Assembly (NCBI GenBank): GCA_963701025.1
Contig: OY969557.1
Span: 368,622 to 432,621, forward strand
Direction: 5' to 3'
DNA: 64,000 nucleotides
DNA from: an uncultured bacterium
GTDB taxonomy: Bacteria; Patescibacteriota; Minisyncoccia; Phycocordibacterales; PALSA-1337
The translations under genes and the position numbers were made by a program. Under the pieces are notes generated by a model, which was not told where the DNA came from, did no database searches, and worked only from the letters and a program-made list of their open reading frames with translations. Shown piece by piece: positions 29,721 to 39,086 of this stretch (position 1 is its first letter; each line of letters opens with the position of its first letter).

Positions 29721-30143
29721 ATGAATCACGCAGAAAACTCATATAAAAGACTGTTCGCGGGGTTACCTGCGGTCGAGCCTAGCGCAACTGTCATTCCAGC
29801 CGTTATGGGCCGGATAGCCCGCGCGCGAACGCTACGCGCCCGCCTCCATGCGGGACTGCATGGCGGCCTCATTCTCGGTGCTATCGCCGCCTTCGTGCCG
29901 GCCGTGAATGCCCTCACGGCGCGCGCCGCCCGCTCTGGATTTTCCGAGTATCTCTCGCTCATCTGGTCAGACGGCGGATCGGTCTTCGGCTCGTGGAAAG
30001 CTTTCGCTCTGTCTATCATCGACTCCGCTCCGATATTGGAGATAGGCGTCGTCATTGCTTTGGCGCTCGTCGTCGCCAATTCGCTCCGCCGCGGCGCGCG
30101 CTTCGTCTCGGCCGCCGGGCACGCGGGTATCGCATTTTCATGA
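29721..30143 (+). CDS. Membrane protein (candidate anti-sigma factor)
   Basis: Directly follows the ECF gene; two TM segments. Confidence 0.6.
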   Translation: MNHAENSYKRLFAGLPAVEPSATVIPAVMGRIARARTLRARLHAGLHGGLILGAIAAFVPAVNALTARAARSGFSEYLSLIWSDGGSVFGSWKAFALSIIDSAPILEIGVVIALALVVANSLRRGARFVSAAGHAGIAFS

Positions 30144-30619
30144 ATCTCAACGACTTCCTCCAATCAAAAAGATACTCGAGGCTCCTCGCCTCTCTCGGTA
30201 TCCTTTTGGTCGCCCTTATCGTCTTCGCCGCCGGAATCATCGTCGGCTATCGTAAGGCGGAATTCTCATATCGCTGGAGCAATAATTATTACCGGAATTT
30301 CGGCGGGCCGTCCTCGCCGTTCGGTCTGTCGGACGCCGACGATAATGCTCTCTCGCCGCATGGCGCTTTCGGCACAGTCATCGGGGTGAACCTGCCATCA
30401 TTCGCAGTCCGGGGACCTGACGAGGCCGAAAAGATCGTCATCATCGGGCCGCAGACTGTCATACGGTCCATGCGCAACCCCGCCACGACGAGCGACATCC
30501 GCACGGGACAGTCAGTCATCATCATCGGGGAGCCTGATGAGCAGGGACAAATCGATGCCTCGTTCGTGCGCATCGTGCCACCGCCGCCTTCGAGCGCCTC
30601 CACGACGATAACGCCATAG
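30140..30619 (+). CDS. Membrane-anchored hypothetical protein
   Basis: ATGA overlap with the upstream gene; N-terminal TM. Confidence 0.7.
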   Translation: MNLNDFLQSKRYSRLLASLGILLVALIVFAAGIIVGYRKAEFSYRWSNNYYRNFGGPSSPFGLSDADDNALSPHGAFGTVIGVNLPSFAVRGPDEAEKIVIIGPQTVIRSMRNPATTSDIRTGQSVIIIGEPDEQGQIDASFVRIVPPPPSSASTTITP

Positions 30620-30624
30620 TAATT

Positions 30625-32499
30625 ATGAAAAGAACATTTAAAAAAAGCTTCGCCATCCTCGCCGCACATAAGGTATGGACCGGCGTAGCCGTGATCGCCG
30701 TCGTTGCCGCGGGGTATGGCGTCTATCATTACACTCGTCCCGCCCCCGTGCCGCAGTATACGATCTCCCGCGCGAGAGTCGGCAACATCGTAGAAACAGT
30801 CACCGGCACCGGGCAGGTCTCCGCCGCCAATCAGCTCGACGTCACAAGCCAGGTATCCGGCACCATAGAGTCCATCGACGCGACAGTCGGCCAACAGGTC
30901 AGTAAGGGCGATCTCATCGCCACCATAGACCCGACGAATGCCTTGAACGCCCTCAACAACGCCAAGATCGCCTACGCCAAACTAACCGAAGCGCCGAAAA
31001 CCACTGATATCTCGAACGCGCAGGATTCCGTGACGCAATCATACGGCAACGCTTTCAATACTGTCTCCTCATTATTCCTCGATCTCCAGATCGTCATGCC
31101 TGGGATGGATTCTCTTTTATACAATCAAGGGACATTCTTGAGCGACCAGGAGGCGACGCAATTGAGCATAACGGCGCAGAATTATCGCAACACGGCCGGC
31201 ATAAGCTATGACAAAGCCAAGACGCAATATCAGAGTCTTCTTGACGAATATGCCGCCTTGTCTAGGCAAAGCTCCACGAGCACGATAGACCAGGATCTTG
31301 CCGACGCGTACGCGTTAGCCAAGAACGTCGCCAACGCCTTGGCTGATATGCAGAATGCCATCACCTTCATCACCACTAATCAGCCGAATTATCTGACCAA
31401 AGACGCCGCGACTGCCCAAAGCAACGTGACGACGTGGTCGAATAGCATAAACAGCGATGTCTCTTCCCTGCTCTCTGCGGAGACGGGCATCACGAGCGCG
31501 GAGAATTCCCTGGCCAATCTCGTCGCTGGAGCGGACCCGTTGGACGTGCAGTCGCAGCAGCTATCGCTCCAGCAAGCCGAGCAGACCTACGCCAACTATT
31601 TCATCCGCGCGCCGTTCGACGGCGTCATCGGGCGCATCCCGGTCAATGTGTACGGACAGGCAGGCGGTTCGACCGTCATCGCCACCGTCATCGGCAACCA
31701 AAAGATCGCCACGCTGTCGCTCAATGAAGTCGACGCGGCCACGGTCAAGACCGGCGATCCGGTATCCCTCACCTTCGACGCCATCAATAATTTCACCGCC
31801 ACCGGCACAGTGGCTGAGGTCGACCTGGTCGGCACGGTGTCATCCGGCGTCGTCTCCTATGGCGTCAAAGTCGCCATCAATACCGGCGACAGCCGCATCA
31901 ACCCAGGTATGAGCGTGAATGCCACCATAACGACCAACGAGATAGATAATGTCCTCATCGTGCCGGCTGCCGCTGTGAAGACCCAGGGCAACGCGAATTA
32001 TGTCCAGATATTCGCTTCTTCGACGGTAAGTCAATATATGGCCACATTGGCAGCAACGAACGGAGCAGCCGCGAACGGAGGGACTGCGAGCTCGACTAGA
32101 AGGTCATTTGCCTCGACGACATTCGCCGGAGGATATAGCGGCGGAAGCGGCAGCGGTTCTACCACGAGACAGTTCGGCGCAGGCGGAAGCGGCGCGAACG
32201 GCACGGCTCGCAACACAAGCGTCACCATGAGTTCCGCTGTCGCGCCGCAAAATCAGATCGTGACCATCGGCGCATCCGATGGAACGAATACTCAGATACT
32301 CACAGGTCTTTCCACCGGAGCATGGGTCGTGACCAAAACCGTGGCGGCATCCGCCGCAGTCACCACTGCCGCGCCAAGCCTTCTATCCAGTCTCGGTGCA
32401 GGCGGCCGAGGAGGATTCGGCGGAGGAGGCGCGGGTGGCGGAGCAGTCAGAACGGCGGCGCCTGCGGCGGCACCGGCGGCAGCGGCTACGGGACGATAA
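30625..32499 (+). CDS. MacA/HlyD-like adaptor (membrane fusion protein)
   Basis: Lipoyl-like halves (VGQQVSKGD, IRAPFDG), long coiled coil, PGMS, Gly/Ala-rich tail. Confidence 0.88.
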   Translation: MKRTFKKSFAILAAHKVWTGVAVIAVVAAGYGVYHYTRPAPVPQYTISRARVGNIVETVTGTGQVSAANQLDVTSQVSGTIESIDATVGQQVSKGDLIATIDPTNALNALNNAKIAYAKLTEAPKTTDISNAQDSVTQSYGNAFNTVSSLFLDLQIVMPGMDSLLYNQGTFLSDQEATQLSITAQNYRNTAGISYDKAKTQYQSLLDEYAALSRQSSTSTIDQDLADAYALAKNVANALADMQNAITFITTNQPNYLTKDAATAQSNVTTWSNSINSDVSSLLSAETGITSAENSLANLVAGADPLDVQSQQLSLQQAEQTYANYFIRAPFDGVIGRIPVNVYGQAGGSTVIATVIGNQKIATLSLNEVDAATVKTGDPVSLTFDAINNFTATGTVAEVDLVGTVSSGVVSYGVKVAINTGDSRINPGMSVNATITTNEIDNVLIVPAAAVKTQGNANYVQIFASSTVSQYMATLAATNGAAANGGTASSTRRSFASTTFAGGYSGGSGSGSTTRQFGAGGSGANGTARNTSVTMSSAVAPQNQIVTIGASDGTNTQILTGLSTGAWVVTKTVAASAAVTTAAPSLLSSLGAGGRGGFGGGGAGGGAVRTAAPAAAPAAAATGR

Positions 32500-32513
32500 T
32501 GGTTATTATGACG

Positions 32514-32621
32514 GGACATCTTCATGTGGGTGAGGATGCCTTGCGAGCGCGACTGGCGCGAGCACGAGGAATTTTTCAGCAGAAAAATATCCGTGCATAC
32601 GAATCCCACATGAAGATGTCC
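32514..32621. mobile_element. 108-bp MITE-like palindromic element
   Basis: Perfect 17-bp terminal inverted repeat ggacatcttcatgtggg/cccacatgaagatgtcc with an internal hairpin. Confidence 0.55.
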
Positions 32622-32632
32622 TTCAAATTACC

Positions 32633-33352
32633 ATGATCGAAGTAAAAAATATTACTAAAACCTACGTGAACGGGGATAACGAGACTCACGCCTTGCGCGG
32701 CGTGTCCTTCACCATCAAAGACGGCGAATTCGTGGCCATCATGGGGCCGTCCGGATCAGGCAAATCCACTCTCATGCATATCCTCGGCGCTCTAGACACG
32801 CCGACTTCCGGTACCTATATCCTTGACGGCAAAGACGTGTCCAAGCTGTCCGACGACGAGCTCGCCGTCATCCGACGGGACCGCATCGGTTTCGTCTTCC
32901 AGTCATTCAACCTCCTGCCTCGCGCCACCGTCATGAGGAACGTCACCCTACCGCTCATATACGCGGGAGTGCCGGAAGCTGAACGCGATAAGCGAGCACG
33001 GAAATCGCTGGAGTCGGCCGGGCTCGACGAGGACCGTTTCGACCACAAGTCGAATCAGCTCTCCGGTGGCCAGATCCAGCGCGTGGCCATCGCCCGGGCG
33101 CTGGTCAACAATCCGTCCCTTATCCTGGCCGACGAGCCGACAGGAAACCTCGACTCGCAGACAGGCGATATAGTCCTCGGCACGTTCCAGAGGCTGAATA
33201 AAGAATTGAAGGGCACCATCATCCTCATCACTCACGAGCGCGAAGTGGCCGAGCATGCCGACCGTATCATATACATACGCGACGGGCTCATCGTCGAAGA
33301 CGGCAGCTCGCACGAGAGGCGCATCATCGGCCATGCGAAACATAAAGCATGA
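32633..33352 (+). CDS. ABC transporter ATP-binding protein (MacB/LolD-like)
   Basis: [24 protein letters not shown]. Confidence 0.95.
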   Translation: MIEVKNITKTYVNGDNETHALRGVSFTIKDGEFVAIMGPSGSGKSTLMHILGALDTPTSGTYILDGKDVSKLSDDELAVIRRDRIGFVFQSFNLLPRATVMRNVTLPLIYAGVPEAERDKRARKSLESAGLDEDRFDHKSNQLSGGQIQRVAIARALVNNPSLILADEPTGNLDSQTGDIVLGTFQRLNKELKGTIILITHEREVAEHADRIIYIRDGLIVEDGSSHERRIIGHAKHKA

Positions 33353-33410
33353 GGGTATAGGGTTAAGGGTGTAGGAAATCACACCCTCTACCCTACACCC
33401 TCTACCCTAA
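33352..33410. repeat. Inverted heptamer-repeat element
   Basis: agggtat agggtta agggtgt ... acaccct ctaccct acaccct ctaccct. Confidence 0.75.
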
Positions 33411-33412
33411 CT

Positions 33413-34639
33413 ATGACCACCAAAGACATCATCCATGAGACGATATCAGCGCTCACCGCCAACAAAGTGCGTACGGCCCTGACCATGCTCGGCATAGTGA
33501 TCGGCATCAGCTCGGTCATAACCATGGTCTCCATAGGCCAAGGAGCCCAAGGCTCCATACAGTCGAGCATCCAAGCTCTCGGCTCTAACCTGCTCATCAT
33601 CTCTCCCGGCGCCCAAAGGACGCCCGGCTATCAGGCTTCGGCCGGCCGCGGATCGTCTCATACGCTTACGCCCGGGGACGCCGCGGCCATAAGCTCCGGC
33701 ATCGCCAACGTAGCCGCCGTCTCGCCGGAAGATTCCGGCCGTTATCAAGTGACCGCCAAAGGCACCAATACCAATACGACCGTGACCGGCGTCACCACGG
33801 CTTATGCCGACGTCCATAATGTCCAGGTCAATGACGGCTCATTCATTTCCGATAACGACAATAAGAGCCTGAACAAAGTGGCAGTCATCGGCCCGACTAC
33901 CGCCACGGATCTCTTCGGCACCGGAGTCGAGCCGGTCGGCCAAACCATAGTCATCAAAGGCATAAACTTCACCGTGATCGGCGTGACGGTCTCGAAGGGC
34001 ACCACCGGCTTCAATAACCAAGACGATATGATATATATCCCCTTGCAGGACTCGGAGCTCTTCCTGGTCGGAAATACGACATATCTGACGTCAGTCAGCG
34101 TGTCCGCAGTCTCAGCCGACGCCATGACGCAAGTCCAGAATGACATAACCGCACTGCTTCTCCAGAGGCACAAGATCAGCGATCCGACGCAGGCTGACTT
34201 CAACGTTCTGAACCAGGCGTCCATCGTCTCGGCGGCATCATCAGTCACCGGCACTTTCACCATACTGCTCGGCGCCGTAGCCGGCATATCCCTCGTCGTC
34301 GGCGGCATCGGCATCATGAATATGATGCTCACCACCGTGACCGAGCGCACCCGCGAGATCGGCCTGCGCAAAGCCATCGGCGCCAAGCGGCGCAACATCA
34401 GCACCCAATTCCTGACAGAGGCCGTGGCTTTGACCGTGATAGGCGGAGCCATCGGTGTCTTCCTCGGCTGGCTCATATGTTACGGAATGACCTATTTCGG
34501 CATCTTGCAAACGTCTATCTCGATCTCATCCATCCTCCTAGCTTTCGGCGTCTCCGCGGCCATCGGCATCGTTTTCGGCTATTACCCCGCCCGCCGCGCA
34601 GCTGGATTGAATCCGATAGAGGCCTTGAGGTATGAGTAG
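33413..34639 (+). CDS. MacB/FtsX-family ABC permease
   Basis: LTMLGIVIG, GGIGIMN, ERTREIGLRKAIGA, PIEALRYE. Confidence 0.95.
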   Translation: MTTKDIIHETISALTANKVRTALTMLGIVIGISSVITMVSIGQGAQGSIQSSIQALGSNLLIISPGAQRTPGYQASAGRGSSHTLTPGDAAAISSGIANVAAVSPEDSGRYQVTAKGTNTNTTVTGVTTAYADVHNVQVNDGSFISDNDNKSLNKVAVIGPTTATDLFGTGVEPVGQTIVIKGINFTVIGVTVSKGTTGFNNQDDMIYIPLQDSELFLVGNTTYLTSVSVSAVSADAMTQVQNDITALLLQRHKISDPTQADFNVLNQASIVSAASSVTGTFTILLGAVAGISLVVGGIGIMNMMLTTVTERTREIGLRKAIGAKRRNISTQFLTEAVALTVIGGAIGVFLGWLICYGMTYFGILQTSISISSILLAFGVSAAIGIVFGYYPARRAAGLNPIEALRYE

Positions 34640-34651
34640 AGACTTCAAATT

Positions 34652-35098
34652 TCAATTCGTCTTAGTCGCTAACATTTTCTTGATCTCATCCCGGATTTTG
34701 ATCAACTCAATTTCGGCCATAGGCTCACGATCACCTGTTCTATAAAGCATGCTCCTTGGATCATAGCCGAGCAGTCCGGTATCCCCTTCTTTTCGACTAA
34801 TGATGTGCAGATGGAAATGTGGGATGGACTGTCCGGCTAATTTCTCCTGATTCCACACGCAATTGAATCCTTCTGCGCCATATAGCTTGCGTAATGTGGC
34901 CATAATCTTATCCGCCAATTCCAATATCGCTAAACGTTCCGCGGACGTCAGTTCACCCAATGTCTTTGCGCACTTGCGCGGGGCTATGAGGATATGCCCA
35001 AGAGTGATCGGAATGTTCGTGGGAAAGGCCCAAGCCAGGTCATTGCCGATGATCTCGCGGGCCTTGATATCTGGGTCTGAGCAGTATATGCAGGTCAT
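34652..35098 (-). CDS. HIT-family nucleotide hydrolase
   Basis: CIYC, GHILI, AGQSIPHFHLHII. Confidence 0.9.
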   Translation of the reverse strand: MTCIYCSDPDIKAREIIGNDLAWAFPTNIPITLGHILIAPRKCAKTLGELTSAERLAILELADKIMATLRKLYGAEGFNCVWNQEKLAGQSIPHFHLHIISRKEGDTGLLGYDPRSMLYRTGDREPMAEIELIKIRDEIKKMLATKTN

Positions 35099-35820
35099 AG
35101 ATTGTATAGGTATATCAATCTCTCAAGGCCAAATCCAAATCCTACGAATTTTTTCTCTAGGATATTTGTATTTATAATATTCTCTTTATCTACAATAAAG
35201 TTATGCTTATTGAGATTCTCCCCAAGATTGCCACATGCTGCTATCTCAACGCACTCACTTTTGTTTACAAAGAATATTTCAAATTTTGATGTCTGATGGC
35301 TATCGCTTCCTTGAGTATCATAAAATGACTCATCTATTGGATAATCTGTGACAATGAGCCAATACTTGCCTTGTAGCTTCTCTTTGTCTATTTCAGAAAA
35401 TCCCTTATGAGTCATATATTTGATTTCCGAATCGGATAGTTTGGGTAAAGCTAGACGCTCTTCTAATGATTTCAGTATTTCGATATATTTATTGATCACA
35501 TAGCTCATTGTTCCTTGCGACTGATAGATGTCAACTACGGTGAATTCGTATTGATACAAACTAGAGAGTTTCTTTTCGTCTCTAAACATGCTACCTATCC
35601 AAAAAAACTTATCGTGATTCACCCCGACCTGCCAAATGTCGGGCTCGGGATTATAGCGTAAAAAGAGATTCTCTTTAATTTTAAAACTATCGGTGTTTTC
35701 AATCTTGTAATCTATAGTCGAATACAGATGATGTTCGAAAAAATCCTGACTCTTAAGGAGGTCTCTTATAACATTTATGAACAGACTAAGCTTGTATTGT
35801 TGTTGATAACTGGGATTCAT
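35095..35820 (-). CDS. Stand-alone class II aminoacyl-tRNA synthetase catalytic-domain paralog
   Basis: LRYNPE, motif 2 FRDE...EFT, EIAACG, motif 3 GFGFGLERL; no anticodon-binding domain; AT-rich. Confidence 0.75.
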   Translation of the reverse strand: MNPSYQQQYKLSLFINVIRDLLKSQDFFEHHLYSTIDYKIENTDSFKIKENLFLRYNPEPDIWQVGVNHDKFFWIGSMFRDEKKLSSLYQYEFTVVDIYQSQGTMSYVINKYIEILKSLEERLALPKLSDSEIKYMTHKGFSEIDKEKLQGKYWLIVTDYPIDESFYDTQGSDSHQTSKFEIFFVNKSECVEIAACGNLGENLNKHNFIVDKENIINTNILEKKFVGFGFGLERLIYLYNL

Positions 35821-35941
35821 AGAATAATATTAACACAAACCGCTCCTTGATTTCCTAACCCCGTATATGATACTCTTTAGCGGTAGGTTTTTACCTACCG
35901 GATTTTATTCGAGGCCCGCCTCACGGCGGGTCTTTGATTTG

Positions 35942-36441
35942 TCATCGATATCTGAACCTGTCCATGTTCAGTCTATATTCAAAATCCTCGGCAAATAATA
36001 CCTTACTGACCGTCCCGTCGTTGACAGCGTCAATAGTCTCTCCGGCTATATGATTCCTCGCTCCGAATACATAAGACACCTTGCTGAAATCGTCCTTAAG
36101 ATTGTGAACCCTGAAATATTCTTGTTATCGTGAATGTATTTGACTCGTTTTGTCACCACATCGAATCTGTTCATTTCGGCACGCCTGAGTATGTTGCTTG
36201 ACCAAGGTGTAAGAGTAGTCGAATTAGAATCACTCCCGTAATCAGAACCGTAATAAAATCTCCTTAAACTGCTGTCGCCCTTAGAAAAATGCCTCGCCAA
36301 CGCCGCCAGCTCCTGAATACCGATTTTCCATCGCAAGCTTTGTTTCCATTTCTCGACATTGCTGAAATCGACTATCACTATGGTGCGCGACAGCTTATCG
36401 GAAAAAGAGTCTGTGAATTTTTTGATCTCTGTTTTATTCAC
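35942..36441 (-). pseudogene. NYN/LabA (DUF88) family gene with internal deletion and frameshift
   Basis: IVDFSNV, RFYYG, VVTK.VKYI N-terminus; a plausible C-terminus (YVFGARNH...FAEDFEYRL) continues in another frame. Confidence 0.6.
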
Positions 36442-36523
36442 TGCGCCGTTGATTTTACAGCACCTATTTATCTTGTGAAGTTCCCATGAGCAAAAAATCG
36501 TGTGCCTATGCTAAAATACCTCC

Positions 36524-37207
36524 ATGAAAACCGCTCTCATCACCGGCGTCGGACGCGGCATAGGCAAGGCGTTGGTGAAGAAATTCATGAAAGAGGGATA
36601 CGCCGTCGTCGGCACTTCCCAGACTGGCGTTGTCGATTATTCAGATCAGAATCTGAAGGTGTTTCAGCTCGATTTAACTTCCACGACTTCTATAAAGAAA
36701 TGTGCAGACCAGATCATCGAAAGCGGCATAAAGATAGATATCATGATAAATAATGCCGGCGTCAATATAGATTATGACGAGACCCATGTGCTCATAAACA
36801 TGCTCCGAAATACGCTCGAAGTGAATCTTTTTGGTACCGTAAACTTCACTGAACAGGTCATACCGGCGATGAGCGCCGTCAGCCACATAGTGAACATATC
36901 TTCGCAAGCGGGCTCTATAGCTGACGCGGAAAATGTACTCGATACGCATTATCCATATCACTACCCCGCTTACAAGATATCCAAAGCTGCACTAAACATG
37001 TACACACGCACATTGGCTCTGCGATTCAAACATGAGAATGCGGGCATCATCGTCTCTTCCGTCCACCCCGGCTGGGTGCGCACAGACATGGGCGGCGAGG
37101 ATGCGCCGACTACACCGGAAGATGCAGCCGAGAATATCTACAAGCTGGCTATTTCAAGACCGGAGACGGGACAATTTTGGTTCAACGGAAAAAAATATCC
37201 GTGGTAA
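36524..37207 (+). CDS. Short-chain dehydrogenase/reductase
   Basis: TGVGRGIG, NNAG, YKISK, HPGWVRTDMG. Confidence 0.93.
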   Translation: MKTALITGVGRGIGKALVKKFMKEGYAVVGTSQTGVVDYSDQNLKVFQLDLTSTTSIKKCADQIIESGIKIDIMINNAGVNIDYDETHVLINMLRNTLEVNLFGTVNFTEQVIPAMSAVSHIVNISSQAGSIADAENVLDTHYPYHYPAYKISKAALNMYTRTLALRFKHENAGIIVSSVHPGWVRTDMGGEDAPTTPEDAAENIYKLAISRPETGQFWFNGKKYPW

Positions 37208-37229
37208 AAATCGGCACTCGCCGATTTTT
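37206..37229. terminator. Bidirectional terminator
   Basis: aaaaatcggc-actc-gccgattttt between convergent genes. Confidence 0.7.
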
Positions 37230-37252
37230 CATACTTAATCGGCGCTTCCGGG

Positions 37253-37603
37253 TTAATTGACGCTTCCGAGGGAGACGTCAACGACTTTCTTCGGAGTCCG
37301 GGCGGTGAATTGGCGGCCGCCGAGGAGGATTAGGATAGAACCTATGATGAAAAGGAGGTAGAAGAGGATCGACAAAGCGTTCTGATACGCCGACAATGGA
37401 TAGCCGAGCTCCGGTGAGAATATTATGGACGCCGCGGTGAGGACACCGAAGGTGATGAGCAACATGCCGAAAGAGATGAGCCGCATGGCTTTGCGCAGGG
37501 CGCTCAAGAACGGGCTCACTGATTGATACAGATACCCGGCCGAGACTACGCCGACGATGACGGCCGAGAAGATCATGATCGCCTGGATATCCGCCGTGGT
37601 CAT
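37253..37603 (-). CDS. Small 3-TM membrane protein
   Basis: Hydrophobic ORF; TATAAT just before ATG. Confidence 0.7.
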   Translation of the reverse strand: MTTADIQAIMIFSAVIVGVVSAGYLYQSVSPFLSALRKAMRLISFGMLLITFGVLTAASIIFSPELGYPLSAYQNALSILFYLLFIIGSILILLGGRQFTARTPKKVVDVSLGSVN

Positions 37604-37720
37604 GGGGATATTATATCATAAATGAAATAGTTATCATCGAAGATATCCACTATTCAAATAATAGGGTTATTTTTTGGTGTGGCACGGTCGGCCTCTCTCC
37701 CTAACATACCCCCTATTTCA

Positions 37721-37812
37721 AATCTTGCTATAACAAGATTTTCCTATGGACATGGACGGGAAGAAGCCATTTTCTGGGAAAATTAACGCGGGAATCTTGC
37801 TGTGACAAGATT
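37721..37812. promoter_or_regulatory. Two AATCTTG-N6-CAAGATT palindromes (candidate operators)
   Basis: 37721-37740 and 37793-37812, upstream of the PadR gene. Confidence 0.6.
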
Positions 37813-37904
37813 TCAAAAAGAGGCATCAGACAGAACATGTCATTCCTCCCCAGCTCAAGAAAGCGAGCGGTGGCAAAAGTGGCAAAAAGAGTATAATAGA
37901 CGCC

Positions 37905-38372
37905 ATGCCTATTAAATTCCCCTCAATGAAACGTGGCCTGCTTGAGTTCGTAGTGCTCAAGACTCTCGTCGCTGAACCTATGTATGCCTCGCAACTTCTT
38001 GCCTATCTGGCAACAACCGAATTTCGGACGCCTGAAGGCACCCTCCATCCCCTATTGTGCAAACTACGCGGCCGCCGATTACTTGAGCAAAGCTATGAAG
38101 AATCAGACGGCGTCTCTGCCAGAAAATATTACTACCTTACAGATCTCGGCCGCACACACATGAAACACCTCGTGGAATATTGGAAAACCTTGAACGATAC
38201 TCTGGCGAATATCACCCCAGAACAAATCAGAAAAGACCGTGATGTCGCAAATGAATACGGCGCCCGATCTCACGCTCACACCTCCACCTTCGAGAACAGC
38301 CACGCGCCTATGGATAGGAAAAGCGCCGACACCCCGAGGATGACGAGAGCGTCCACGCCGATAGCGTATTGA
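37905..38372 (+). CDS. PadR-family transcriptional regulator
   Basis: MKRGLLE, EGTLHPLL, RKYYYLT..G. Confidence 0.85.
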   Translation: MPIKFPSMKRGLLEFVVLKTLVAEPMYASQLLAYLATTEFRTPEGTLHPLLCKLRGRRLLEQSYEESDGVSARKYYYLTDLGRTHMKHLVEYWKTLNDTLANITPEQIRKDRDVANEYGARSHAHTSTFENSHAPMDRKSADTPRMTRASTPIAY

Positions 38373-39034
38373 GACATGCCGGTGAAGGCCGCTCGCAGGC
38401 CATCGACGCCATAAGACAGAGGATTGAAGAAAGCGATCCAACGTATGAAGGCCGGGGCGGTAGTCAACGGAAAGAGTGCGCCCGAAAGGAAGAAGAGCGG
38501 CATATTGACCAGGTTGATGATGAGGCCGAAACCTTGCATATCCTCCATCATCGAGGCTATGGCCGTGCCGAAGGCCGTGAAGACGAGAGCGATGCCGAAC
38601 ATGAAGAGCAATCCCCAGAGGATGGCGAATATATCGGGTCGGAAACCTATAACGATGGTGAGTATAAGAACGATAATACCCTGAATGAAGGCAGTAGTCG
38701 CTCCGCCCAATGTCCTGCCGAACATGATGGTCAGGCGCGAAACCGGGGCAACCATAGTCTCCTTGAGGAAGCCGAACTGCCGATCCCAGATGAGCTCGAT
38801 GCCCGAGAATACCGCCGTAAACATAATGGACATGGCGATGATGCCGGGCGACAGGAATTGTATATAGTTACCGGCGCCCGCGGCGGAGAAGATAGAGCCG
38901 AAGCCGTAGCCCAGAGCCACCAGGAATATGAGCGGCTGTCCCAGGCCGCCGATGATACGCGACTTCGAACGGAAGTAGCGCTTGATCTGGCGGAACCAAA
39001 GGATGTATACGGGGTATAAAACGCGGGAATTCAT
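38276..39034 (-). CDS. ABC-2 type permease (DrrB-like)
   Basis: PGIIAM, DRQFGFLKE.MVAP, FLSGA.FP, NPLSYGVD. Confidence 0.92.
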   Translation of the reverse strand: MNSRVLYPVYILWFRQIKRYFRSKSRIIGGLGQPLIFLVALGYGFGSIFSAAGAGNYIQFLSPGIIAMSIMFTAVFSGIELIWDRQFGFLKETMVAPVSRLTIMFGRTLGGATTAFIQGIIVLILTIVIGFRPDIFAILWGLLFMFGIALVFTAFGTAIASMMEDMQGFGLIINLVNMPLFFLSGALFPLTTAPAFIRWIAFFNPLSYGVDGLRAAFTGMSQYAIGVDALVILGVSALFLSIGAWLFSKVEV

Positions 39035-39062
39035 GGTTGGGGAATTAATCTAATTTCTAATT

Positions 39063-39078
39063 TCCGCCAGCTGGCGGA
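39063..39078. repeat. Perfect 16-bp palindrome next to heptamer repeats
   Basis: tccgccagctggcgga beside aatctaatttctaattt. Confidence 0.6.
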
Positions 39079-39086
39079 CTAATTAC

